Below, piece by piece: positions 11,284 to 24,100 of a DNA stretch of 61,747 nt (positions are counted from its first letter, which is position 1; every line of letters starts with the position of its first letter). The notes beneath the pieces were generated by a model. That model searched no databases. It saw only the letters and a list, made by a program, of their open reading frames with translations, and was not told the DNA's origin. This DNA comes from a virus (Duplodnaviria; Heunggongvirae; Uroviricota; Caudoviricetes): positions 104,932 to 166,678 of IMG/VR virus record IMGVR_UViG_3300021400_000113, one strand, 5' to 3'. The translations under genes and the position numbers were made by a program.

Positions 11284-11648
11284 TGAAAACCCCTTATGAA
11301 TGTAATGATTTACCATTTATTAAAATTAGTTTAATGGATCATGATGAAATTGTTTATGAAATAGAAAGTAATAATTTAATAGATTATTATGAAAGTTTTA
11401 GCACAGATGAAAGACGGATAGAATTATATTTTAAAAGTTTTAATCCAGAAGATTATGCTGTTCTAACAAGTAAGGTATATAATAAATATCTTATAGAAAG
11501 TAATAATTTTTGGTTTAATACTGAAACCAAAGAAGAAGAACAAATACAGCATCCAACAAAAGTATTTGATCATTTCTTGATTGAACAAGACTTACATTCT
11601 AACAAAGTTTCTACAGCATGGCATTTATCTTTCTGGGAGGAACACTAA
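11283..11648 (+). CDS. hypothetical protein (121 aa)
   Basis: Translationally coupled (TAATG) at both ends. Confidence 0.7.
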   Translation: MKTPYECNDLPFIKISLMDHDEIVYEIESNNLIDYYESFSTDERRIELYFKSFNPEDYAVLTSKVYNKYLIESNNFWFNTETKEEEQIQHPTKVFDHFLIEQDLHSNKVSTAWHLSFWEEH

Positions 11649-11941
11649 TGGATATAGTTGAATATCGCGGTTTTAAAAATATTTTTATTGGACTAGCTTG
11701 TGAGAATAATAAATATTATTTATTGTGTGGAAAAACAGGGCAGGCTATCGTAACTACAAAAACAGATACGTGTGAAAGTAGAAATGGTTGGAATGCTTTA
11801 TTAACACATTTTGTATATAATCAAGATACAATAATTGATATTCCTTTTGTTTCCGATGGACGAACTTATGTAAATTTATTTTCAATCTCAGGTGAAGAGG
11901 AATATCACCGTTTAGTAAAAATATTGGAGAATCTATTATGA
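11648..11941 (+). CDS. hypothetical protein (97 aa)
   Basis: GGAGG RBS, TAATG start, ATGA overlap with the next gene. Confidence 0.7.
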   Translation: MDIVEYRGFKNIFIGLACENNKYYLLCGKTGQAIVTTKTDTCESRNGWNALLTHFVYNQDTIIDIPFVSDGRTYVNLFSISGEEEYHRLVKILENLL

Positions 11942-12291
11942 CAGATCAAATAAATGAAAAATTAACAAATGAATAGTTAATATAGAAATTTGCTTCTATT
12001 AATAATATCTCCGAAGAAGAAGCCAAGAATTTAATCGGTGCGGAGACCGAAGAAGAAATTCTTAAAAAAATTGAAACCTATACTTTAAATCGTATAAATG
12101 AAAAAATGCCAAAACTAAATCGAGCGCAGAGACGCGCACTGGCAAAGAAAGCGGGTAAAAAGCAATTAAGTCCCGCCGCGACCGAAGCAATTGCTGAAAC
12201 TACAAGAAAAATAAATTATATAGATTTAATTCAAAAATTACAAGATTTAAACGAGAAAAGGGAGAAAGAAAATTATGACGAAATTAGTTAA
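11938..12291 (+). CDS. hypothetical protein (117 aa, 2 TAG)
   Basis: MTDQINEKLTNE*LI*KF... is in frame with track ORF 12106-12291; contains the NRAQRR motif. Confidence 0.65.
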
Positions 12292-12487
12292 ACACACTTA
12301 CACTTATCACATTGACAACGAAAAGGAAGCTACTGCCAAAGTTGAAGAATTTAAGCAAAAGCAGTATGATGAAGGTTATACCGTAACCAAGACAAAGATT
12401 GATTATAAGAACAAGAAGGATCGCAAGACTGGCGAAATTATTGAAGAGAATTGGGTAACTGAAATTACTGTTAATTATATTCTTTAA
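12275..12487 (+). CDS. hypothetical protein (70 aa)
   Basis: Track ORF with GGAG RBS, overlapping the previous gene. Confidence 0.65.
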   Translation: MTKLVKHTYTYHIDNEKEATAKVEEFKQKQYDEGYTVTKTKIDYKNKKDRKTGEIIEENWVTEITVNYIL

Positions 12488-12501
12488 TGAGGTGAATTAA
12501 T

Positions 12502-13314
12502 ATGTCTGAACTTGAAAGATTTAATGATTTAATTGAAAATAATAATGAATTAGAGCCTTTGATGGATTTAATTAATCAAATTATGGAGTTGCCAGAAGAT
12601 AATTTAGATAATACTATGATGGATGTTATTAAAGGTGCTATGACTGGGGCCTGGACTCCTGCTCTGCATGAAGAGGCAGTGCGCGAAGCTATTAAAGGCA
12701 TGGAAGCTGAAAACATTAGTCGCAATCAAGCCGCAAAACGTTTTTACTCTGCGAGAAAAGCAATGGATGAATTTATTGATGGGTTAAATCCTTCTAATAC
12801 TAAGCGTGAATTGTTGAATGTGGTATTCGAGCTTTTCTACAAAATTTTTGACGACGCACTCGATCGTTACCATAATTTTGATATTGAACTACCAATTCAA
12901 CTAGATGAAGGAGCGCAAATTCCTACTTATGCGCATGGAGTTGAAGACGCGGCCGCGGATTTATATGCGGCAGACACAATAACGATTCCTGCTCATTCTA
13001 TTGGCACTATGATACGCACAGGAGTTCATATTCAACTTCCTGAAAATTGGGTTGCTTTTATTTTCCCTCGTTCCAGTATTGGAGCGAAGACTCCATTGCG
13101 TTTGAGCAATAGCGTTGGAATTATTGATAGTTCTTATCGCGGCCCATTAGGAGTTTTGTATGATAATATTTCTGATTCTGATTATACAATTAACGCCGGA
13201 GATCGCATTGCGCAGTTAATGGTAATGCCTAATTATCACTTTAAAGCGCGAGTAGTAGAAACCTTAGAAGATACTGAACGTGGTCAAGGCGGATTTGGTT
13301 CAAGCGGTAAATAA
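12502..13314 (+). CDS. dut: trimeric dUTPase with a long N-terminal extension
   Basis: AAADL, PRSSIG, VGIIDSSYRG, GDRIAQL, TERGQGGFGSSG; about 130 extra N-terminal residues. Confidence 0.92.
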   Translation: MSELERFNDLIENNNELEPLMDLINQIMELPEDNLDNTMMDVIKGAMTGAWTPALHEEAVREAIKGMEAENISRNQAAKRFYSARKAMDEFIDGLNPSNTKRELLNVVFELFYKIFDDALDRYHNFDIELPIQLDEGAQIPTYAHGVEDAAADLYAADTITIPAHSIGTMIRTGVHIQLPENWVAFIFPRSSIGAKTPLRLSNSVGIIDSSYRGPLGVLYDNISDSDYTINAGDRIAQLMVMPNYHFKARVVETLEDTERGQGGFGSSGK

Positions 13315-14060
13315 TGCCTATTAATGTATATAGTGTCAGAAATCATTTAGAAAGCGAAGGCTGGAAATTGATTTCTGACTCTTATAAAAATCTTAATACA
13401 GAATTAGAAATGGAATGTCCGCAAGGACATAAATAGTTTTAGACCTATGCTAACTGGCGCAAACATTTACAATGCGATGCTTGTATGGCTGGGGATCCAT
13501 ATAAAGTCAAAAAAAATAAAGTGCCAGCAAAAGAAGCTGACACATAGAGAGTACTTGCGCTTGATGCCGCGACACAAATAACTGGTTACGCAATATATGA
13601 TAACAGAGTATTGGTTTCTTATGGAACATTTGAAACCGATAAATCAAAAAGTACAGAAGAAAGAATTAACGATATGAAAAAGTGGCTTTTGGCCGCGATT
13701 GAAGAATGGCAACCTGATTTCATTGGAATGGAAAATATTCAATTATAGAAGTTCGGTCCAAATGCTTCACAAGCCTAGGTAAAAACTTTCTAGGTATTGG
13801 CTAATTTATAGGGTGTACTACTTGATGTAGCATTTGAGAAATGTGTAGACCATGATTTGGTATATGCTTCTGAATGGCGTAGCTGTTGCGGTATAAATGA
13901 AGGAAATCAATAGAGAGAAAGCAAAAAGAAGCAAGCGTAGGCAAAAGTAAAAATTTGGTACAATTAGGATTGTACACAAGATGAAGCAGACGCAATATGT
14001 ATTGGAAAATATTTTGCTAATATGTTAAAAAATAATAAATCAACTTGGGGAGAAGATTAA
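13314..14060 (+). CDS. RuvC-like Holliday junction resolvase with N-terminal Zn ribbon (about 10 TAG)
   Basis: With TAG=Q, 248 aa: CPQGH..CDAC, RVLALDAATQITGYAIY, IGMENIQ, EWRSCCG, DEADAICIG; absent from the ORF track. Confidence 0.85.
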
Positions 14061-14062
14061 AT

Positions 14063-14446
14063 ATGATTGAAGTAACTTTAAGATAGATTGTAGATAGTGC
14101 GGAGACTATGCGTGAACTATCTAATAAACCTTTAAAAGGACGTATAGCTTATCGTATTGCTCGTTTACTACGAGAATTAGATAAAGAATTTTCATTATTT
14201 AATGAAAAACGCACAGACCTTGTAAAAGAATATGTAATTAAAGATGAAAATGGCGAATTAAAGACAGATGAAAATGGTGATCTTGTTCTTGATAAGGAAC
14301 GTATTCAAGAATTTTATACCGCTATTAATGATTTACTAAATACTCAAGTTTCTATTAATGCCGAAAAGGTTGATCTTGTAGATTTAGAAAGCATTGAATT
14401 TACTCCCGCGCAAATAATGTTATTAGAACCATTTATTAATGAGTAA
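14063..14446 (+). CDS. hypothetical protein (DUF1617-like; 1 TAG)
   Basis: MIEVTLR*IVDSAETM joins track ORF 14108; ...IAYRIARL..E.. Confidence 0.65.
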
Positions 14447-14448
14447 AT

Positions 14449-14487
14449 AAAAAAGAGCCCCTCTAAAAAGAGGGGCTTTATTTTTTT
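14449..14487. terminator. bidirectional intrinsic terminator between convergent modules
   Basis: A-run, AGCCCCTCT-aaaa-AGAGGGGCT, T-run. Confidence 0.85.
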
Positions 14488-17400
14488 ATCCTTCTGCGTT
14501 AGTTGATGAAATTTTTGGATAATAATATACAGTGCAGGGGACTTTTGAAGTTGTGGCATCACACTTGCAATGTAATACTAATTCACTTAATCGAATTCCA
14601 TTATCAACAGTTCTATTATTCATTTCTAAATATATAGTCCATCCTTCAACAAAAAGATTGTTCTTAGCGTCAGTGTAAATGCTATGTGTGGTTTCAAAAA
14701 CCCCACTATCATATTGATTTTGTGATGGAATTACATAAGAAAATCTCTATATTGTTCTTGAATTACTTCCCTTTTCAGCGTGAGGCTAGAAATTAATTGT
14801 TTGATTATAGCCTTCTGGGTCTACCTGATTAACAAAATAATTTCCAGTAATCCAATATTCATATTTAGAAGAGCCATCTCCAAAATAAGTTATTGGCTCC
14901 ATAAGCTATAAAGTTGCTGTATAATTTGAATCGCTACCAGAATATGAAGGTATAATGGTAGTTCCTAATTTCATTTCACTACGAGTCTCTGCATCATAAT
15001 AAGGTCTTATTAAAACCCAATCTCCCTTCCCTGCCATTTTTTGTTCTATTGACTCAACACTTTTTCTCCAAGTATTAGCTGTATCACTATCAGGAACGTT
15101 TGGATTCATTATAACAATATCATCACGAGCCCAAACGTCATTGCCATTTATACTAATACGCTCTCCAGAGACTTGTAATCCATCTTTATTCATATGAATA
15201 TAACTAGAAGGTTTAATATCAGTTTCACTATAATAATCAAAAGAAATACCTTCTTTATTAATTGACACTGTTGTTTCTAAACTATCAGATTCATTATCAT
15301 TAATTAAGCTTTCATCAAGACTCTTTGGAGTATTTCTAGGAATTATAATTCCCTTATTTGCTCCAAATAATAATCCATATTCAGAAGTCAAGGCAACGTA
15401 TTTTTCTTTTTTTCCTTGCTCTCCCCAATCAATTGAAGTAAGTCCAGATATAGAATATTTACTTGAATCAATAAGGGCTTCATTAATATGTCCTTCTGAA
15501 TCTAAAAAGTTTTTAAATTCATTACCAGATTGTATTTTAAATTCAGTAGCCTTAATGGCCCCTGTAATTTCTAATCCATTTGTAATATTATATTTTAAAG
15601 CTGTATCATATTCATTATTACTATTAGATTTTAATTTTTTTAATTCAAAAATACTTTCTGTATCGGTTGCCGCTGAATTAATTATTAAATTAGCAGTATT
15701 AACATATAATTCTCCACCAGACCCAATATCAATACCCTTACTGGATATACGAACGTATGAAGCGTCAGCAATATTAAGTTTTCGTAAATTTTCTGTTGTA
15801 TCATTTATATTAATACCAAATTTTTCATTTTCCTCATTAACTACCGCACTACCTAATGTAATTCCTTTATCATTCATTAAAATAGAATTAATAATATTAT
15901 TATTATAAGTAGCAAAGCCAATAGAATCTTTAGTAAATTTTGCACCAATTAAATCATTAATAGTTCCAGTAACATTAGTAATATTTAAATCTTTAATTAA
16001 TTCTCCATCCTCGTTATAGGTTTCACTATCAGTAATAATATCTCCCGACGCTAAAACTAAATATTTTTCGGTAAATTTAGCCGCGGTTGCATTTTGATCA
16101 GAAGATGCGCCTAAAATTAAACGCTCTGGACTTAAATCAATAGATACTCCACTAGTCTCTCCAATAACGCCAGAATATAATGATATTTTCTAATCAGAGC
16201 CAATAAAGATTCCCTAATTGTTAATTTGTACCGCAGAAGTATATTCTCCATTCTTAGAAGAAATTAAATCTATACCACGAGAAAAGCCTTCGTCTGCGCC
16301 ACGAACAAATCCAGCAAGTATATCAGCATTTTCAGAAGTTAATGCTCGTATATCTGCTAAGGCATTTCCCGCTCCACTCAGAACCTATCCAGCCTCATTA
16401 AAAAGACTGGTTAATGTATTTCGTATTACTGGGCTACTTGTTAAATGTTCATCAATATAAGTCTTAAAAATTGGAGCATTAATCTATAACATTTTTGTTG
16501 TAGCCTCTGGAGTTAAACTTCCGTCAGTCATAAATGCCGCGGCCGCAACATCATAATTAAATTCATTCTTCTTCATACTTTCCGAAGAAGCAACAATTGT
16601 ACTGAATAAATCTTCAAATTTATTCTTATAATTTTTAACTTCAATGCTATCCTCCCAAGGAGCATCTAGCTTCAATTCCATATGAGAGATATAACCCTAA
16701 ACATTTTCAAATTTTAAATCATTATCATTTATATGCACTATTTGTGCTAATTTATTATAAATACTATGTATTAAGTTTGGATTATATAGATTTAATTTAA
16801 CTTCATAAGAAACTTTTGGTTCAGAATTTTCTTTTGCTATTTTGAGCGCGTCTAAATAAATACAAGTATCTGCGTTAGAAATTGAATAACTAATATTTAT
16901 TTTAGGATTAAGGCTGCCATATTGAAAATAAATTTTTGGTTTTAGAGAAATATAATAAGCATTATTTTCTATTAAAATATAATAATCTTCATATTCTTTT
17001 AATAAAACTGTTTCTTGCTCAACCTCTATATTAACTAGCAATTCATTACTACTAGTATTTAACGATAATGAATCAATTTTAATTCTAGGATTTACCGCGA
17101 TCGGAGTACCTTCAATAAAATTTTCAATTTTAATAGGAGAATTTTCTATCTCATTTCCATTTAAAACGCCAATACAAGGGAAGCGTTCTTCTTCCGAAAC
17201 AGAATCTTTTATAAATTTAATTTGTTCTTCTGTAAATAAGCTACTATCTGTAATAATTAATACTGGCTTACGCACTCCATTATCCATTACAAATCCAAAT
17301 TGACTTTGAGAGCCTACGGGGGAATTGCGTAAAGCATTTCTTATATAAGCAATTTGTTGAGATTCAGAAACATTCTCCTCATTTTTTAATTTTTCATTTA

Positions 17401-19483
17401 GTTCAACAATAGATTTATCATAATAAATAAAACTTAAATTACTAAAATTTTCTTTTATATAAGGCAAATCTTCTTCTTGTAATTCTGCCATTAAATAATA
17501 TTTAGTAGTTGGCTCCGCTCCTTCCTCATAAGTAATTTTATTATCACCATCAAACTTTTTTGTATCCCAAATATATGAAGCATAACCATCTTCTGTAACT
17601 TCACTATTTCCTCCAAATGAGGCTTCATATTTATCTCCATAATCATTATAATTTTCTGGTTGCCAATATCCTTCACGAAGTGCGGGACCCATTATATGTT
17701 CAAAAGCTTTAATTTCTTTATCCTTTTCTTCAAGATATTCCTAATACTAATTTTCAAGAATGATTTTCTAGTCTTTATCATCTTCTAACTTTGTACTTAT
17801 TTGGCTATATTTAGTACTATGCTAATTATATACTTCTGTCCAATATTCAAGAACATTAGTCCAATACGTTTCTGGAACATATTCACAAGTTAGCCAAAAC
17901 GAAGTAAATTCCACTTCATTAAGCGTATTATCTAAATTTCTTATATATACTAAATTATTAAATTCATCAAATTCCATAACCCCATCAGTAATTTCATGGG
18001 CTTTATTAAATGGATCTTTTACATTAGTATAATCAATTATACCAGCATATAGCTTTACAGTACTTGGTATAATACCATTAACTGGCATTTTTATATAATA
18101 TTTATCAGTATCTGTTTCTTTAATAAGCATACATGCTTTCGCATTAGCCCCACTTAAAGAAATTGCTTTATCATCACTACTAGTATTTAAAGCCCCAATA
18201 TATGAACTTGCTACGTCCATTTGTTTCTTGGCTTCATCTTTCTATTTTAACTCAATACTTTGATTAGCTTTTTCATCTAAAATAATTTTTTCTAAATTGC
18301 TCTTTTTATTCCAAGTATCTTCAATGTTTTTATTTATTCTATTCATACGAATCTCATAATTACTAACTTCTTCATATTGCTCATCAGTAATTATATTAAA
18401 TTTATGTAAATAATCAAAATTTAAAAGATAATCTTCTCTACTCTTATTAGCATCTACACTCATAATAGTAACTTTACCGCTATCAGACATTTCATAATCT
18501 ACTGGCCGCACGAACATCTTTGTTACTAAATCTGTGCTATCAATCTCTCGCGTAATAAAAGTTGTATGATAAGGATAAGTTAAATCCATAAAACCATTTT
18601 CTTCTTGTATAAAATTATTATAATAAATAATTTTTCGCGCAATTATATGATAATTATCATCATGCTGATATTCATATCTACAAAAAACTCCAAAGGCTTC
18701 AGCAATTGTTTGAGTAATATTATAAAGATTGCTTTCTTCAATTTCTACCGGACGCTCTTTTTCGCGCGCGGTCTATACTGTTTTTGGTTTTAAAACACCG
18801 TTTTCTTCTTTCCAAGAGGAAACATAAGCATCTTCATATATTTTATCTTTATCATGACTGGCTTCTCCAAGCCAATTCATTTGAACATCATAATACCATA
18901 TATTTGGAATTGGAGTAATTTCGGAACTCCAACGTTCTAGTCCACATTTATCTTCGTTCCAATACTATATAGTTTGGTGAGGCAAGGCTTCTCCATTTTT
19001 AAAGCAACTTTCGTAATAGGTATTAAATTCTTCTGCTGATAAACTAATCTTATATCCAATTTTTCCAAGTTCATGGAACGCGAGCCCTTCACATTCAACA
19101 TCGCAATAAAGCTATTCTTCCTCATGACGTTCAATAACCTTAGTTATAACAAATTCAAATATAGCTTCGTCTTCTGTTTTTTTATTAAGAATTACTTTAA
19201 TTTTACGAAGGCCAACCATTAAATTCCCATTTCTAGTATTATACCAAATTGGATTTTCTTTTTTATCAATGCCAATATCTAAATACATCGGTAAAGAAAA
19301 TTTAAAATTCTACGTACCATCGGTATCTAAAATTAAATCTGGCTCTTCTATCTATCCTTTATTTTCTAAATTGGCCCACTTCAAGACAGTTATAAAACTA
19401 TCTTGAAGTGTCCAAATAGAAACTTCATAACTACGGATAGGTACTTCCTGCCCATTTATGGTCATTGTTCTTCTATTTGCCAT
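14486..19483 (-). CDS. tail tip / central fibre-like protein (1665 aa, TAG-recoded)
   Basis: Track ORFs 18242, 17822, 16697, 16484 and 14906 are all in frame with the ATG at 19483 and separated by TAG; ends TAA at the terminator; position follows the Dit-like gene. Confidence 0.8.
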
Positions 19484-19507
19484 AGTTATTGTTCCTCCTT
19501 TTACTCA

Positions 19508-21151
19508 TTATAAATACATATTATTATACTTAATAAACACATTACTTATCCCATTTTCTATGTCATGTCTAATAATATGAGAATGTAAGCGTGTTTCTTC
19601 TGATTCATCAGACCAAGCAACTATATTGCCATCATTAGTTGGCTGATTTCTATCTTCTATTATTAAGTAATTAGAACGAAGCATATCTCCAACATCTTCT
19701 GTCTTATCATTTATTTTATACCCCGCTTCATTTGTATCTAAAACACGATAACCCAATATACCACTAGCTTCACCAGTTTTACTATTAATTATAAAAGTAG
19801 AAGATAAAACATTTCCTTCCTCATCTTTAATAAAATTCTACATTTCTAATAAAGCAGTTTTTATATCATCGCTCTGTACTTTATCTTCTGACATTTCATT
19901 AATTATTTTATTGGCCCACGCACGTGGAGCGACATGATTAACAAAATCACGTATTTTTCCACGCACATCAGCCCAAGCTTCTCCTGCCTTCATTTCACTA
20001 AATATTTTAATAACCTAATTATATCCAGTGTAAGCACTAGGAGTAGTAAAATATAAATCTTTTTTAGTCAAACTTTCAATACTAAAAGTATTATAGGGCT
20101 ATTCAGAATTAGTATAACTATTACGTGGAGAAGTTATATAATGAGTACTAGTATCAATTTCAGGAGTTAATGTAAATTTAATTTCAGGCATTGAAGGCGC
20201 GGTTCCACTATAATAAAGATAAAATACTTTTTCTTTATCAAAAAAATCAATAGAAGATAAGACTTCATTAGCTATTCTTGCACCAGATATCCAAATTTCT
20301 GGATTATAAGAAATTGTAGCAATCTTATATCTATCTTCTAATAAATTTAAATCTGTTGGAATATTGTCATAAGTAACCATGCCAATATTCAAATTTTTTC
20401 CACTGATATACTATCCATTTCCAAATATCATAGGATCTTGAATCATTCCAATAATAGGAATATTATCTTCTAATGAAATTTTTATCGCGTCAGGATCGTC
20501 AAAAATACTTATCTCTTCATTATTAGCATTAATCCATTTATCATGATATATATTATTTTCATCTAAATATCCAAAAACATTAATTTTAGAATACCAGAAA
20601 GGTTCGTCCATTACTAATTTTAAAGATATTTCTCCTTTATATAATGTTGTACTAGTTTGATAGTCCTAACCTGCAATACGCTTAATAACCTTTTTTTCAA
20701 AAGGTAAAACCGATGGAACCGGCGGTTCTGCCACACGTGCCATAATTGCGCGATTAGGATGTTCAGATAAAATTAATTCTCTTATTTTTCCTGCGGAGAA
20801 CCATCTTAAAAATTCATCTAACTAATTCTATGTAATACCATCGGTTGCTAATGTGAAATCAATTTGATGATTTGTATAATGTGTTCCCCAATAAAATTGT
20901 CCATCTAATACTTCATACGAAGAAGTCAAATCTTCAAAATCAGAATATCCATCGCGTTGCATCCTATCTCCATTAATAGAAGCTACTAAATTATAATCTT
21001 CTATATTTTTTCCACCAAAGGAAAAACTTATAAAAGAGCGGTTCATGTAGGGGAGACGTTTCTCCCCTACATGAGTTACTTGATACACTTGTGTTCTTTC
21101 AGGACCAGTATTTTTAACTTCCTGACCCTATAAAAATCTTACTTCTGACAT
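19508..21151 (-). CDS. distal tail (Dit)-like protein (547 aa, TAG-recoded)
   Basis: Four track fragments in one frame; FISFSFGGKNIEDYNL..DLTSSYEVLDGQFYWG; directly downstream of the tape measure gene. Confidence 0.75.
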
Positions 21152-21156
21152 TCCTT

Positions 21157-24100
21157 TTACCCCCTAACACTTGTTGCTGCGGATTTACGAGCTATGCGTA
21201 GCATTTCATCTAATGCATTTTGACCAGCTCTACGAGCATCATAATCATTAGCTAAACGTTGAACATTCATTTGGACAACGGCATTCTCTATAACAGTGGA
21301 ACTATTACGATTAATACTGTTATAATCATTTATAGAAGCATTTCCAGCCCATGTAGCTTGTAAATCTGATAATATATTGGCGAGAGAATTGCTCTTGCGT
21401 CCAAGAATATCTTCACGCAACATTTTGGTTTGTACTGGATTAAGCACTCCTTCATCCGCGTGAAGGAAAGCAGGGCCATCTTCTTCAACCATTCCTCCAT
21501 GGTCATATCTTGTAAGTTTTCTTAAAGCATTTGGACTATCCTTCAATGAATCTACAACGGAGTAGCCTCCTTTATAAGAAGCCTTATAACCACATTTACT
21601 GCAAGGATTGCCGTCATGATTTTCTGCGGTTTTAGAAGCCCAAGAACCATCAGTATATAATCCAATTTTATAATGTTGTTTATCATCTTTCTATTCATAT
21701 TTATATTTCCAGAAAGTTTTTTTCGGCTACTAAGCTTCTGTAATTGAAGTTGCTTCTGAAATAATGGTATTTTCTATATTTGAAGTTTCTTCTTTAGGTG
21801 GTTTAACAAGATTATAAGCAGCCTCTGCCGCTGCATTTGGATCGGCGGTTTCTTTTAATTTACTGTCATATATACTCTTCGCCGCAGCTTCCATTTCAGG
21901 TGTCCATTTATCTCCAAGCATTTCTTTCATTGCCATGATAAATATACCCCAGCTTTCGTCTATGTGACCTAACGCGGCGGCCTAAGCATCGAAATCATCA
22001 CGGAAACTTTCCCACTATTCTGCTTTGAAAATCCAATCATTACCATTTTTTGCTTTAACGAGTGGAGACTAATCCCAATATTCGCTAGTTTTTTCTTGTA
22101 TGAATCCTGCAATATCTTTTGGAGATTTACTCATAACTTCATAAACTTGTCCCCAAAGAAGTCCATTAGCTTTTTCATATTCAAGCTAAGTGTTCATCAA
22201 TTCAATTTGAAGATCAAGTTTTTTAATCTATAAATCAGAAGCCTCTTTTACAGCATCAATTTGTTCTTGCTATTTATCAAAATAAGTATCCTATTCTTGC
22301 TATCTAATTTGTTCTTGTAACCTAGCAATTTGAGCCGCGGAACCGCCAGAACGTTGAAGTATGGCAAGCTATCTACGATTACGCTCTAGTTCTTGATTAT
22401 TCTATTGTTTTTCATACATCGAACGCTCTTTATCTAACTAATTACTTAATCCATTAATAAAGTCTTCATTAGTTTTTTGTAAGGCATCTTTTGTATCTTC
22501 AATAGTTTTTATTTCACGCTCACGAGAATCTACAATAGCATTTAAAACTGCTTCTTCAACTTCTTTTTGATTATCTTTCATCGCTTCAAGCTATTCGTTC
22601 ATTGTTTGAAGCTATTCTAGAACTGCTGTACGCTGCTCATTCCAAGAATCAAATAATTCCTAAAAGCTTTCCTATTCTTCTGTTAATATATCAGAAAATG
22701 CTTTAACCTTATCAACAAAATACTATTGTTCATTCTTTTCATAATCTTCTTTTTTGATTTCTAATCCAGATTCATTATATTTCATATATTTTTCAAATTC
22801 TGGATTTCGTGCGAGAATCATATTATATTGCTATTCTGGAGTTAAAGCTGCTCCACCATATTTATCTCTTGATTCAAATAATTGTTCTAACCATTGTTTT
22901 GCTTCTGAATCTTTATAATGCGTCTACCCAGAAGTTGGATCAAAAGTATATAAATCTCCAATTGGAGCATTTTGAAGTTGTTGCTGTCTTTCTTCAAAAT
23001 ATTCTTTTTGAGAGATAAATAATGATTGACTTGTAAGAGCAGATTCTCTTGCCTATTCATAAGTACGCTTTTGACTAGCATAATAAGCCTTACCATTAGA
23101 AATCATATCAGATTCAATTTTACTTCTTAACTATTCTTCATAATTAATTTGTTTTTCTAAATCTGCTATTTTCTATAACCAATTATACCAGCGTTCGACG
23201 TCACGAAGGAAAGGAGCGATGTCTTTATCGTTTCCTCCGCCGCCTCCGCCTCCGCCACCTTTCTTAGCTAAATCTACTAAACTAAGTCCAGCAAGCGCTT
23301 GCCATTGTGCGCGCAATTGTCTTAATGCCGCTAGTGCTGCGCTAGCAGAAGCCATCGCGGGACCACCTTCAGCATTGCCTTTAGCATAAGCAGTAGCTAC
23401 ACGTTCATTGGTTACTGCGTGACCACGACTTGAAGACATGCCGTTTTTAAGAAGTTGTTTAGTTTGTAAATGATTGAAAACGATGGCATCAGGAGTTAAA
23501 TTAACAAATTCTGCTCCATTCTATCCCGCGACAAAATAACGACCATTTTGTACTACTAATTCTGGGCCAAGTTCGCCCATAAGAGTTCCTTTGGCTTGAG
23601 CATTACCAATTGCCTTGCCAAAATTACCAATAGCATTAACACGCACATTTTTAGAACCTGGGATTCTGCTTAATGAAGCTAAAACACTATCAATCCCTGA
23701 TTCAGTCTAATTATTTACACTTACATCAATAACTGGAGTTAATGCATCAATTTCCTCCGCTTTCTTTTTAGTTTCTTCTAAAGCATTATCAGCATTCTAA
23801 GTTTCAGCATTTACATTAATAATCTATGTTTCAGTTATTATGCCGAGTGTCTAAGCAATTTCCTCTATTGATTTTCCTTTTAGCTATTTAAATACAGGAG
23901 TAGCTTCAACAAGTTGCTAAATTTTAATAGTATCTCCTACCGCGAAAGCGTTTTCAATTTCTTGACGAATTCCGCTGTCAATTGCTTTATAAGAAGTAGA
24001 ATTTAATTTAACAGTTCCTAACTATAATCCAATTTCTATTGATTTTTGACTAATGACTTCCTCATCTGCTCCTTTAAGAACTACTTCTTTAACATACTAA

